NCBI GenBank assembly: GCA_022768325.1
Contig: JALEMI010000072.1
Span: forward strand, 2,318 to 66,317
Source of the DNA: Bacteroidales bacterium
Lineage (GTDB): Bacteria; Bacteroidota; Bacteroidia; Bacteroidales; Marinilabiliaceae
Length of the DNA: 64,000 nt
Reading direction: 5' to 3'
Shown here: piece by piece, positions 49,938 to 59,944 of the stretch
Numbering within the stretch: position 1 is the stretch's first letter
Layout: the number at the start of each line of letters is the position of its first letter
Made by a program: the position numbers and the translations under genes
Notes under the pieces: model-generated
The model's input: the letters and a program-made list of their open reading frames with translations, nothing else
Told to the model about the DNA's origin: nothing
Database searches by the model: none

Positions 49938-49990
49938 GCGACTATCTGTCAGTAGCAACAACTGATTACAGATAGTCGCTCTTCGTTTTG
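49938..49990 (+). terminator. Terminator after acyltransferase gene
   Basis: A 12-bp inverted repeat, GCGACTATCTGT (49938-49949) / ACAGATAGTCGC (49968-49979), is followed by TCTTCGTTTT. Confidence 0.65.
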
Positions 49991-50072
49991 TCATGCGTGT
50001 CGCTTGGCAACCATTTTTTCGCTAAATTCGTAGACCAATTCAAATCCGTCTAACTACTTAATACAGATTGTC

Positions 50073-51671
50073 GTGACTGTCGAGGCTGTACTGCTTGGTA
50101 TATCGTTTCTGTTTTTTCTCAGTATCCTCGCTTGCAAGGCGGGATATAAGTTTGGCGTCCCGTTGTTGCTGCTCTTCCTGGGTGTCGGCATGGTCTGCGG
50201 CAGCGACGGCTTGGGCATCAACTTCGCCAGTCTGCCTTTGGCGCAAGGCATCGGCACTGTGGCTCTCTGCGTCATCCTCTTTTCTGGCGGCCTCGACACC
50301 AAGATTTCAGACATCCGCCCAGTCCTCGGCCCTGGTCTCGTCCTCGCGACGTTGGGTGTCGTCTTGACCGCCGCGCTTACGGGGCTCCTGATTCACCTGA
50401 TTTTCAACATCCCCGCTTTCGGCACCATCCCCCTCAGCCTCACGGCCTCGCTTCTCCTCGCTTCAACAATGTCGTCCACCGACTCGGCCTCCGTCTTCTC
50501 CATCCTGCGCGGCAAGGGGCTTCACCTTAAGAACAACCTCCGCCCCATGCTCGAGCTCGAGAGCGGAAGTAACGACCCCATGGCCTATATGCTCACCGTG
50601 ACGCTCATCGGCCTTGTCGGTCAAGGTGGCTCGCCCGACTATGGCTCTGCCGTTCTTGAACTCGTCACGCAATTTGCCGTAGGCTCGCTTGCGGGCTTCG
50701 TCTCGGGCAAGGCCTTCGTGTGGCTCATCAACCGCCTGCAAATCGAGAACGCGAGTTTATACCCCATTGCGGTCCTCACGTCGTGCATCTTCGTCTTCTC
50801 CGCATCTTATTTCTTGGGCGGAAACAGCTACCTCGCCGTCTACATCGGCGGCCTCGTGGTTGGCAATTCGCGCTTTGTCCACAAACGGTCGTCCGTCAAC
50901 TTCTTCGACGGTCTGGCTTGGCTCTGCCAATTGCTGATGTTCCTCACGCTCGGTCTGCTCGTCAATCCTCATGAGCTTGTGCCGCTCATCATTCCGGGCC
51001 TCGTCATCAGCCTCTTGATGATTTTTGTGACGCGCCCCGTAAGCGTCTTCTTGTGCCTCGCCCCATTCCGCGGAATATCGCCCGACAGTAAGAAGTTCAT
51101 CTCGTGGGTAGGTCTCCGCGGCGCCGTCCCAATCATTTTCGCCATCTTGGCCCTGGCAGCCGAAGTGCCGCACGCCCGATTCATCTTCAACGTCGTCTTC
51201 GTCTGTACGCTCGTATCGCTCATTGTCCAAGGCACGTCGCTCGCATGGATGGCCAAAAAGCTCAACCTCCACGAGGCTCCCGACGAAATCGGAAAGGTCA
51301 AGGACTTCGACATGGAGTTCTCCGACGAAATAAAATCCATCCTCGCCGAGCTTACCATCACGAGCCATATCCTCAACTACGGCGATAAGCTCCTCAACCT
51401 CCCCCTGCCCGAGAATTGCCTCGCCGTACTCGTCAAGAGGCAAGACAGCTATTTCGTCCCGACGGGCAAGACCGAGCTTGTCCTCGGCGACAAGATTCTC
51501 CTCATCTCCGACGACCGCGAGGGTCTCATGGAGGCTCTCGCCCAAATGGGTATCACGCCCGACGAGGCCGATGCCGATACCCCCGACGATGGCAAGTCGG
51601 GCTTCGACTTCGTCAAGGGGCTGCGCGGCATCTCCGAGAATATCAAGAGCGGCAAATATCTAAGATTCTGA
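50073..51671 (+). CDS. K+/H+ (cation/proton) antiporter, CPA1 NhaP2-type with C-terminal TrkA_C-like domain
   Basis: It has a GTG start and about 12 TM helices (GSNDPMAY motif). A soluble C-terminal domain follows. Confidence 0.8.
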   Translation: MTVEAVLLGISFLFFLSILACKAGYKFGVPLLLLFLGVGMVCGSDGLGINFASLPLAQGIGTVALCVILFSGGLDTKISDIRPVLGPGLVLATLGVVLTAALTGLLIHLIFNIPAFGTIPLSLTASLLLASTMSSTDSASVFSILRGKGLHLKNNLRPMLELESGSNDPMAYMLTVTLIGLVGQGGSPDYGSAVLELVTQFAVGSLAGFVSGKAFVWLINRLQIENASLYPIAVLTSCIFVFSASYFLGGNSYLAVYIGGLVVGNSRFVHKRSSVNFFDGLAWLCQLLMFLTLGLLVNPHELVPLIIPGLVISLLMIFVTRPVSVFLCLAPFRGISPDSKKFISWVGLRGAVPIIFAILALAAEVPHARFIFNVVFVCTLVSLIVQGTSLAWMAKKLNLHEAPDEIGKVKDFDMEFSDEIKSILAELTITSHILNYGDKLLNLPLPENCLAVLVKRQDSYFVPTGKTELVLGDKILLISDDREGLMEALAQMGITPDEADADTPDDGKSGFDFVKGLRGISENIKSGKYLRF

Positions 51672-51710
51672 CAATTACGCACGATTAACATAGAACAGTA
51701 AACACAAGGT

Positions 51711-52298
51711 ATGATTCACAAACTCCTCAAAGGTAAGCCCGCCGGGCTGATTTTCGACCTCGACGGCACGTTGATTGACAGCCTCGAACTCAATTGGAAA
51801 GCCATGGATTCGGCCCTCCGAGAGCAGGGCGTTGTCATTGAGCGTCAGGAGTTTATCGACCTCACAGGTCGCTCCATCGAGGAGATTACGGACATTATCG
51901 TGACCCGCCACGGCCGCCCCGATGCCGACCGCAAGGCCATCATAGCCCGAAAAAGGGAACTCGCCAACAGCCACGCCGACGACGTGGTCGAGCATAAGAT
52001 TGTGGCCGATGTCGCTCGCCTGTGCCATGGCAAGATTCCTCTCGCCGTCGGGACAGGTGCCGATGGCCATCGCGCCCGACTGATGCTCAAAGCCACGGGG
52101 CTTCTCGACCTCTTCGACCATATCGTCTCAGCCGACGATGTCGATAATCATAAGCCACACCCCGACACTTTCCTCCGTTGCGCCGAGCTGATGGGCGTAG
52201 ACCCCGCCTTGTGCCAAGTCTTTGAAGACGGCGAGCCGGGGCTGGAGGCCGCAAGGCGGGCGGGAATGATGTATATCGATGTCCGCCCCTTTTTGTGA
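51711..52298 (+). CDS. HAD-superfamily hydrolase (beta-phosphoglucomutase-like)
   Basis: HAD motif I is LIFDLDGTLIDS. Motif III/IV is VFEDGEPGLEAARRAGM. Confidence 0.8.
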   Translation: MIHKLLKGKPAGLIFDLDGTLIDSLELNWKAMDSALREQGVVIERQEFIDLTGRSIEEITDIIVTRHGRPDADRKAIIARKRELANSHADDVVEHKIVADVARLCHGKIPLAVGTGADGHRARLMLKATGLLDLFDHIVSADDVDNHKPHPDTFLRCAELMGVDPALCQVFEDGEPGLEAARRAGMMYIDVRPFL

Positions 52299-52326
52299 TT
52301 ATCCCCTAAAGTCCGCACATCCCAAG

Positions 52327-52368
52327 CCGGGAACGTCGTCCGCAAAGGGCGAAGTTCCCGGTTCTTTC
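52327..52368 (+). terminator. Terminator after HAD hydrolase gene
   Basis: The stem CCGGGAAC (52327-52334) / GTTCCCGG (52354-52361) is followed by TTCTTTC. Confidence 0.6.
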
Positions 52369-52494
52369 GTGTTGTCCGTCCCGTCCCGCTCGTTGTTTTG
52401 GCTACTTATCCCCGATTTCTGAACAATTCTGCATGTGGGCCGTATAAGTGGGCATTTCTCACATTCTTAATAACTAACCTCTTACTCGTAGTTT

Positions 52495-53313
52495 ATGAAA
52501 GAAAAGCTCGGTTCTGCACTGTCGGATCTCATTCCGCAGGCGCTCACCTACGGCAAGATGCTTATCATTGCGCTCATCATCCTCTTCCTCGGCTTCTGGC
52601 TCATCAAGAAGCTCATCCGCGGAATGAAGGCCCTGATGGAAAAGCGTAACCTCGACCCGACGCTCACCTCCTTCTCCGTGAGTGTCATAAACATCGCCCT
52701 CAAGGTCCTTCTCATCATCAGCGTCGTCTCCTACATCGGAATCCCGATGACCTCCTTTGTCGCAATCCTCGGTGCGGCTTCTCTCGCCGTCGGCATGGCT
52801 TTGCAAGGGACGCTCCAAAACTTTGCGGGCGGCGTCATGCTTCTCCTCTTCCGCCCCTTCAAGGTCGGCGATTTCATCGAGGTCAGCGGATATAGCGGAG
52901 TTGTCAAGGAGATTCAGATTTTCAACACCTTCCTGACAACGGGCGACAACAAGGTTGTACTGATTCCCAATGGCGGAATTTCCACAAGCTCCATGACCAA
53001 CTACAGCCGTCTTCCCGAGCGTCGTGTCGACCTCACTTTCGGAATCGGCTATGGCGACGACATCGATAAGGCCTACGAGGCCATCCGTGCCGTGATTGCC
53101 CGCAAGCCCGAGATTCTCACTACCCCCGAACCTTTCATGGCCGTGTCCAATCTTGGCGACAATAGTGTCGACATCGTCGTCCGTATTTGGGTGAAGAGCG
53201 AGGACTATTGGGCCGTCTTCTTCTACATGAACGAGTTCGTCAAGAAAGAGTTCGACAAACAGGGCATCTCCATCCCATTCCCACAACGCGACGTTCATAT
53301 CATTAAAGATTAG
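52495..53313 (+). CDS. Small-conductance mechanosensitive channel (MscS family)
   Basis: It has three TM helices followed by the MscS beta-domain (FRPFKVGDFIEVSGYSGVVKEIQIFNTFLTTGDNKVVLIPNG). Confidence 0.85.
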   Translation: MKEKLGSALSDLIPQALTYGKMLIIALIILFLGFWLIKKLIRGMKALMEKRNLDPTLTSFSVSVINIALKVLLIISVVSYIGIPMTSFVAILGAASLAVGMALQGTLQNFAGGVMLLLFRPFKVGDFIEVSGYSGVVKEIQIFNTFLTTGDNKVVLIPNGGISTSSMTNYSRLPERRVDLTFGIGYGDDIDKAYEAIRAVIARKPEILTTPEPFMAVSNLGDNSVDIVVRIWVKSEDYWAVFFYMNEFVKKEFDKQGISIPFPQRDVHIIKD

Positions 53314-53331
53314 CCCACACTCTCTAAGCAA

Positions 53332-54270
53332 ATGAAAGCCCTCAAACTTAGGCTTATCGCCCTGGCGGCGATGTCTATCTTGACAACATCTTTCTCCGCT
53401 GCCCAAGAAGAGCCAGTTGCCGATACGCCCGAGGCTCCCCCCTCAAAATGGAAGGTCGGCGTATTCTCATCCCTCACGTTCAACCAGATTGCCCTCAAAA
53501 ACTGGGCTGCCGGTGGTAAGAACTCGTTCTCAGGAACATGGCTCGGCAATGCCTACGCCAACTACAAGAGCGATAAGGCAACATGGGACAACACCCTCGA
53601 ACTGGGCTACGGCATCATGAGGAACAAGGGCGAGGACCTCCAGAAGTCCGAAGACAAGATACATATCGCCTCCGTCTACGGCTACGATGCCGCAAGGCAG
53701 AAGCTCTTCTATTCCGCCCTCTTCGATTTTAAGACGCAGTTCGGCAAAGGCTATAAGTACGATGTCGACACGACGCTCGTCTCCAAGTTCATGTCGCCTG
53801 GCTACATCAGCATCTCTGCGGGTATGCTCTACAAGCCCAACGACAAGCTCTCCATCTATTTGTCGCCCTTGGCCGGTAAGGTCACTGCCGTCTCAGACAC
53901 CGCATTGTCCGAGATCTACGGCCTCGACCCGGGTTCACATTCCCGCGGTGAGTTCGGTGCCATCGCCAAGGTGACCTATAACCACCCCAACCTCGTCAAG
54001 AACGTCGACTACTATTTCCGAGGCGATTTCTTCGCCAATTGGAAGGACCATCCCGAGCATATCGATGTCGACATCGAGACGGGCTTCAACTTCAAGGTCA
54101 ACGATTGGCTTACGGCCCTCATCAAGGTCAATGTCCTCTTCGACGACGATATCAAGTACACGGAGCAATATGTCGATGCCGACGGAGCCACGGTCACTCG
54201 CGAGCGCGGCGCACGTGTGCAAGTCAAGGAGCTTTTCGGCTTTGGCCTCGGCTTCAAGTGGGATAAATAG
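53332..54270 (+). CDS. DUF3078-type outer-membrane protein
   Basis: It has a signal peptide. The N-terminal WKVGVFSSLTFNQIALKNWAAGGKNS motif is characteristic of DUF3078. The C-terminus is aromatic (GFKWDK). Confidence 0.65.
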   Translation: MKALKLRLIALAAMSILTTSFSAAQEEPVADTPEAPPSKWKVGVFSSLTFNQIALKNWAAGGKNSFSGTWLGNAYANYKSDKATWDNTLELGYGIMRNKGEDLQKSEDKIHIASVYGYDAARQKLFYSALFDFKTQFGKGYKYDVDTTLVSKFMSPGYISISAGMLYKPNDKLSIYLSPLAGKVTAVSDTALSEIYGLDPGSHSRGEFGAIAKVTYNHPNLVKNVDYYFRGDFFANWKDHPEHIDVDIETGFNFKVNDWLTALIKVNVLFDDDIKYTEQYVDADGATVTRERGARVQVKELFGFGLGFKWDK

Positions 54271-54302
54271 CTCAGACGCTTAAGCACTTAGCCCAATACA
54301 CG

Positions 54303-54346
54303 TCCGCCCCCAATCCTGTCAAAAGGGTTGGGGGCGGATGCTTTAT
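54303..54346 (+). terminator. Terminator after DUF3078 gene
   Basis: The stem is TCCGCCCCCAA (54303-54313) / TTGGGGGCGGA (54328-54338). Confidence 0.65.
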
Positions 54347-54384
54347 GTAGTGTAAGGTAACGTCCTTTTTTGTCTATTATTTTG

Positions 54385-54408
54385 AAAGTAATTAACATCA
54401 ATTACTTT
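54385..54408. promoter_or_regulatory. Perfect 9-bp inverted repeat AAAGTAATT-N6-AATTACTTT upstream of the 54498 gene
   Basis: Read directly from the sequence. TTTG lies immediately 5' of it, and a TATATTTG (-7-like) box lies about 45 nt downstream. Confidence 0.3.
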
Positions 54409-54497
54409 TAAATAGAAATGAAATCTATGGTAATCCGTGACGAATCGTTATATTTGCATCGTCAACAGATGATTAACCTCTAAAACACTCTGCGAAT

Positions 54498-55247
54498 ATG
54501 AAAAAAAGCATCTTTGTTTCAGCGATGACGCTTACGCTCGCTTTGGCTACCCCCGTCTCCTCTTATGCGCAGGATGCGCCAGCCGCCTCCGAACCAGCTG
54601 CTGAGGAAGAGTCCTTGTGGTCCTTCTCAGCTGGTGCCGACCTCGTCAGCGCCTACTTGTGGCGTGGCGCGTTCAACGCAGGTGCAAGTTTCCAGCCCTC
54701 TCTCGGCGTGGCTTGCGGTCCCGTATCTCTCGGAGTGTGGGGGTCTACTGATTTCTCCGGTGAGAGCAAGGAGGTCGACATCGCCCTCGCTTTCGACAAG
54801 GGCGGCTTCAACGCCACTCTCACGGACTATTTCTACCCAGGTGCTGCGCCTTTCTTCACGTGGGATAAGGAGGAGACCTGCCATCAGCTCGAACTCTCCC
54901 TCGCCTACAACTTCGGCGAGAATACCAATGTCCCCATCTCAATCCTCTGGGCTACGATGCTCGGCGGCGACGACTTGAAGGAAGATGGCGGCCGTCAGTT
55001 CTCCAGCTATTTCGAGCTCGGCTACACCTTCCCTGTGAAAGATATTGAGGTCGAGATTGCGGCTGGCTTCACGCCCTTCGACAGCTTCTATCAGGACGGT
55101 ACGGATGGTTTCAACATGGTCAACCTCTCCGTAAAGGGTTCCTACGAAATCAAGTTCAACGACAAGTTCTCACTCCCCGTCTTCGCTCAGTTCGTCCTGA
55201 ATCCCAACACCGAGGATGCCCACATGGCTTTCGGTTTCTCTTTCTAA
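54498..55247 (+). CDS. Small outer-membrane beta-barrel protein (TorF/Gcw_chp-like, tentative)
   Basis: It has a signal peptide and alternating-hydrophobic strands. It carries a YLWRG motif and a C-terminal F. Confidence 0.55.
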   Translation: MKKSIFVSAMTLTLALATPVSSYAQDAPAASEPAAEEESLWSFSAGADLVSAYLWRGAFNAGASFQPSLGVACGPVSLGVWGSTDFSGESKEVDIALAFDKGGFNATLTDYFYPGAAPFFTWDKEETCHQLELSLAYNFGENTNVPISILWATMLGGDDLKEDGGRQFSSYFELGYTFPVKDIEVEIAAGFTPFDSFYQDGTDGFNMVNLSVKGSYEIKFNDKFSLPVFAQFVLNPNTEDAHMAFGFSF

Positions 55248-55268
55248 CCCACGTTTTTCCGCATGATG

Positions 55269-55306
55269 AATCCGCCCTCCGTCGGCCGACGGGGGCGGAT
55301 TTTCTC
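55269..55306. terminator. Bidirectional terminator between convergent genes
   Basis: A long near-perfect palindrome, AATCCGCCCTCCGTCG-GC-CGACGGGGGCGGATT, is flanked by T/A runs. Confidence 0.75.
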
Positions 55307-55318
55307 AAATACCCTATC

Positions 55319-56113
55319 TCAAAACCTAATCCCCACCGCAATCCCCGCGCTTCCATCCGTTCCGAACGTGGGCGAGGCCATGAACCTCATCTTGTGCCTG
55401 CGGCGAAAAAGACCTCTTGTGACGACGGGGTACAACCAATATGCGGCTTCTACGCTAAGTATGCCAATGCCTGCGCCCGCAATGACGTCGGTGAACCAGT
55501 GCCTGTTGTTATACATCCTGAAAAACCCCGTGAACGTCGCGCAAGCATAGCCCCCAATCCCAATCCACGGGTTGACATCCCAATACTCGCGGCGCAAAAA
55601 CTCCGCCCCCATGAAGACTGTCGCCGTATGCCCCGAGGGAAATGAATTCCGTGCGCTGCAGTCCGGCCTCTCAATGCGTGTCGTATTCTTAAGGCTCAAT
55701 ACCGACGCCCCCATTATCAAGTACGATGTCCCGAGGATAATCGTCTTGTCTACGTAATCATGCCTCCCTTCCAGCCCGCACAGCTGCAGCCCGTAGGCCG
55801 ACACCATCGGCAAGTACTGCGTCACGTCGTCAATCTTGAACTTCTCGGGATTATCCTCCTGCAGCTCGTCGCGCATCTCCTTGTTTTGGAACTTCAACCC
55901 GTCGCTTTCAAGCCCAATCAGCCCGGTGCCTATCAATAGGCATGTGGCAATCAGCTGCGTGGGCTTGAATCTGTACGGCTTCATAGCTACGTCAATCCCT
56001 CTCAATGCCGTAGAGTCCATTGGGCTATACTGTGAAAACGCACACAGCTCCGCAACCCCAAAAACAAATAATGCCAATACTCTTTTCATGCCTTTTTTAG
56101 GGCGCAATTTCAC
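55319..56113 (-). CDS. PAP2-family phosphatase (membrane)
   Basis: It has the PAP2 motifs SFPSGHT and NRHWFTDVIAGAGIG. Confidence 0.85.
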   Translation of the reverse strand: MKLRPKKGMKRVLALFVFGVAELCAFSQYSPMDSTALRGIDVAMKPYRFKPTQLIATCLLIGTGLIGLESDGLKFQNKEMRDELQEDNPEKFKIDDVTQYLPMVSAYGLQLCGLEGRHDYVDKTIILGTSYLIMGASVLSLKNTTRIERPDCSARNSFPSGHTATVFMGAEFLRREYWDVNPWIGIGGYACATFTGFFRMYNNRHWFTDVIAGAGIGILSVEAAYWLYPVVTRGLFRRRHKMRFMASPTFGTDGSAGIAVGIRF

Positions 56114-56313
56114 AATCTGCCATTACAAAAGAATTACAACCCCAACACACTCGCGTTAATTCTGCCCCTTTCTCGTTCTGTTTTCCACGAAACTTTTTTT
56201 TAAAGAATAATAATGAGTAAACTTGCAATGCTTTGTTTCGTTTATTCTGAACATCTTTTCAAACGACAAAAGGCATCAATGAAATTATAGAAAGAGATGG
56301 CAATCAAGACGAT

Positions 56314-56520
56314 TTGTTCGCTTTCTTGGTTGAACGAAATATTCCGGCAGATGAAATGACTTTGATGAACATTGCGGAAGACTTATTGAAAAATCCGCCG
56401 CATGTTGGCTATTTGACTATTTCGAATGCACTGCAATGGAGATTACAGTATGGAAGGATTGTGAGTTTGTCTAAGAAAGTTAACGGTATTACGCGAATTG
56501 TGAAGTATGCAGCTGAATGA
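56314..56520 (+). CDS. Small hypothetical protein translationally coupled to the methyltransferase (start uncertain)
   Basis: The frame is open from 56251, with no in-frame ATG upstream; the track start is the TTG at 56314. The 3' end overlaps the MTase ATG by 14 nt. It is AT-rich like the MTase gene. Confidence 0.35.
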   Translation: MFAFLVERNIPADEMTLMNIAEDLLKNPPHVGYLTISNALQWRLQYGRIVSLSKKVNGITRIVKYAAE

Positions 56521-58186
56521 ATTTCTTGGTGGACTTTCGGGAAAAACACTCGAGGAGGCAAACAGAATTGCGGAAGCGGCATGTGGAATTGTTGATTTTT
56601 TTGAAGAAGAATCTTACTGCGTAAATACGGATGCAAATCAAGCGAGTAAGATTGAGTACGGCGATTGGCAGACAAACTTAGAATTAGCCCGAAACGTCTG
56701 CCTTCTCGTTAAGAGTAAATGTATAGTTTCCAGCGTAATTGTCGAGCCCACATGCGGAACTGGCACGTTTATACTCGCATCAATAGCCATTTTTGGAGAC
56801 TCTGTTACGGAAATATACGGTATCGAGATATTCAAGCCCTATCTGAATAAACTAAAATTTCGTTTGCTGGACTATGCTTTGAAAAATCCAGGTGTTATTC
56901 GTTGCAAGATTCATCTTATTCATCAGAACATTTTTGAATTTGATTTCGGTAGTTTGCGCATTTGTAAGGATAAGAATCTGCTTATTATCGGTAATCCACC
57001 CTGGGTTACAAATAGTAAACTCGGCGAGATCAACAGTAAAAACACTCCGCGGAAGTCCAACTATAAGAACGTTAAGGGCTTAGATGCCATTACAGGAAAG
57101 GCAAACTTTGACATTGCTGAATATATAACGTGTAAGTTGTTAGATTACTTTCATGATCGAAAAGCGTACTTGGCTTTTCTGATGAAAAATTCAGTAGCCA
57201 AAAGCATTGTCTATGGACAAGTGTCCGGACGCTATTGCATGGAGAGTATTACGCAGTATGATTTCGACACAAAAAAAGAGTTTGATGTGTCTGTTGCGGC
57301 TTGCCTTTTTGTCGCAAAACTCGGATGTGGACAGGCAAAACAGTGCACAGTAAAGGATTTGTATAGTCACGAGGATAAGTTAAAATACGGATGGGTCGGC
57401 GATTGCTTTGTGTCAAATGTCCAGTTCTATTCTCAGAACTCACATGTCGATGGTAGATGCCAACTTATTTGGAGATCTGGCATGAAGCACGATTGCTCTA
57501 AGGTAATGGAGCTTGAAAAGAGGGGAGGAAAATACTTTAACGCGCTCAGTGAAGAAGTTGATATTGAGCCAGATCTGCTATATCCTTTTCTAAAAAGCTC
57601 AGACATCAAAGAGGAAAAGGTGACGACATTCCGTAAGTATGTTATTGTCACGCAAAGAAGCACGTCCGACGATACGTCAATAATCAAGGAAAAATATCCA
57701 CGCACCTATAAATACTTAGAGAAGCACGCCGAATGGTTCGACAAGAGGGGAAGTGTTATTTACAAGAATCGACCCAAGTTCTGTATTTTCGGCATTGGCT
57801 CATACTCGTTCAAAAAGTACAAGATTGCGATAGCTGGTCTCTACAAATCAACAACATTTTCACTCGTGGGCCCTTTGGAAAACAAGTGTACTATGCTTGA
57901 TGACACTTGTTATCTTCTTGGTTTTGATAATGAGGAAGTTGCGCTGTGTTTCTTGAAGATACTTAACAGTCCACTGGTGCAAAGGTTAATGCTGTCGCTT
58001 GTCTTTTTTGACGCAAAACGTAGTATCAATAAGGATTTGCTAATGCGTATTGATATAGAAAAGGCGGCCAGCTGCCTTTGTAAAGAGAATTATCTAACAA
58101 GAGAAGAATACTTAGTCGTGGGTGCTTATTTTAAGTCTCTTAAAAGGTCGAATGCTCAGCAACTAAAGTTTGACTTCTGTATATAG
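56507..58186 (+). CDS. Gamma-class N6-adenine DNA methyltransferase (M.TaqI/Eco57I-like) with C-terminal target-recognition region
   Basis: Motif I is VEPTCGTGTFILA. Motif IV, LIIGNPPWV, lies downstream of it. About 300 aa of C-terminal TRD-like sequence follow. Confidence 0.8.
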   Translation: MQLNEFLGGLSGKTLEEANRIAEAACGIVDFFEEESYCVNTDANQASKIEYGDWQTNLELARNVCLLVKSKCIVSSVIVEPTCGTGTFILASIAIFGDSVTEIYGIEIFKPYLNKLKFRLLDYALKNPGVIRCKIHLIHQNIFEFDFGSLRICKDKNLLIIGNPPWVTNSKLGEINSKNTPRKSNYKNVKGLDAITGKANFDIAEYITCKLLDYFHDRKAYLAFLMKNSVAKSIVYGQVSGRYCMESITQYDFDTKKEFDVSVAACLFVAKLGCGQAKQCTVKDLYSHEDKLKYGWVGDCFVSNVQFYSQNSHVDGRCQLIWRSGMKHDCSKVMELEKRGGKYFNALSEEVDIEPDLLYPFLKSSDIKEEKVTTFRKYVIVTQRSTSDDTSIIKEKYPRTYKYLEKHAEWFDKRGSVIYKNRPKFCIFGIGSYSFKKYKIAIAGLYKSTTFSLVGPLENKCTMLDDTCYLLGFDNEEVALCFLKILNSPLVQRLMLSLVFFDAKRSINKDLLMRIDIEKAASCLCKENYLTREEYLVVGAYFKSLKRSNAQQLKFDFCI

Positions 58187-58300
58187 ACAAGGCGTATCGG
58201 GTGTATTCTGTGCTTCTTGATTGCGTGTCCCGTTTTACTGAGTCATAAAGCCACAGCTGCCCGATTCCGTATCATAATCATTCTCCACCCCCACAAACAC

Positions 58301-58338
58301 AAAAAAAAGGCGACCCCTCCCCCAAGGGAAAGGTCGCC
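58301..58338 (-). terminator. Rho-independent terminator after eno (minus strand)
   Basis: The stem GGCGACC / GGTCGCC (58309-58315 / 58332-58338) is followed on the minus strand by T8 (plus-strand A-run at 58301-58308). Confidence 0.75.
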
Positions 58339-58360
58339 ATTATCAATTTAAGCCTTCAGC

Positions 58361-59680
<1,320 letters not shown>

Positions 59681-59944
59681 TTAATAAAAGTATTACTTGT
59701 TGTTCTTTTTTTTGAACTTTCCTCTCGTTGATTTGCCGAGAGGGTGGGGGAGTGTCAATGCCTTGTCTTTTTTCTGCTGAGGCCTTGACTTCGACCCTTT
59801 TATCTAAACGGCGAAAATAACCTTTTCCGCTTTATTATCCAAGAACATCCCACTCCCTTTTCTCGTTTTCCGGGCTCTCTTTATATTTCATTCAGAGGCT
59901 CGGCTTGGCTTCCTTTTCCCATTTTTTACGTTATTTTTGTAATC

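Noticed and set aside
56213-56360. Two short ATG-initiated ORFs (25 aa from 56213, 20 aa from 56297) upstream of the methyltransferase
   Set aside because: They are too short and unsupported to call as genes. I mention them only as possible debris of a decayed gene.
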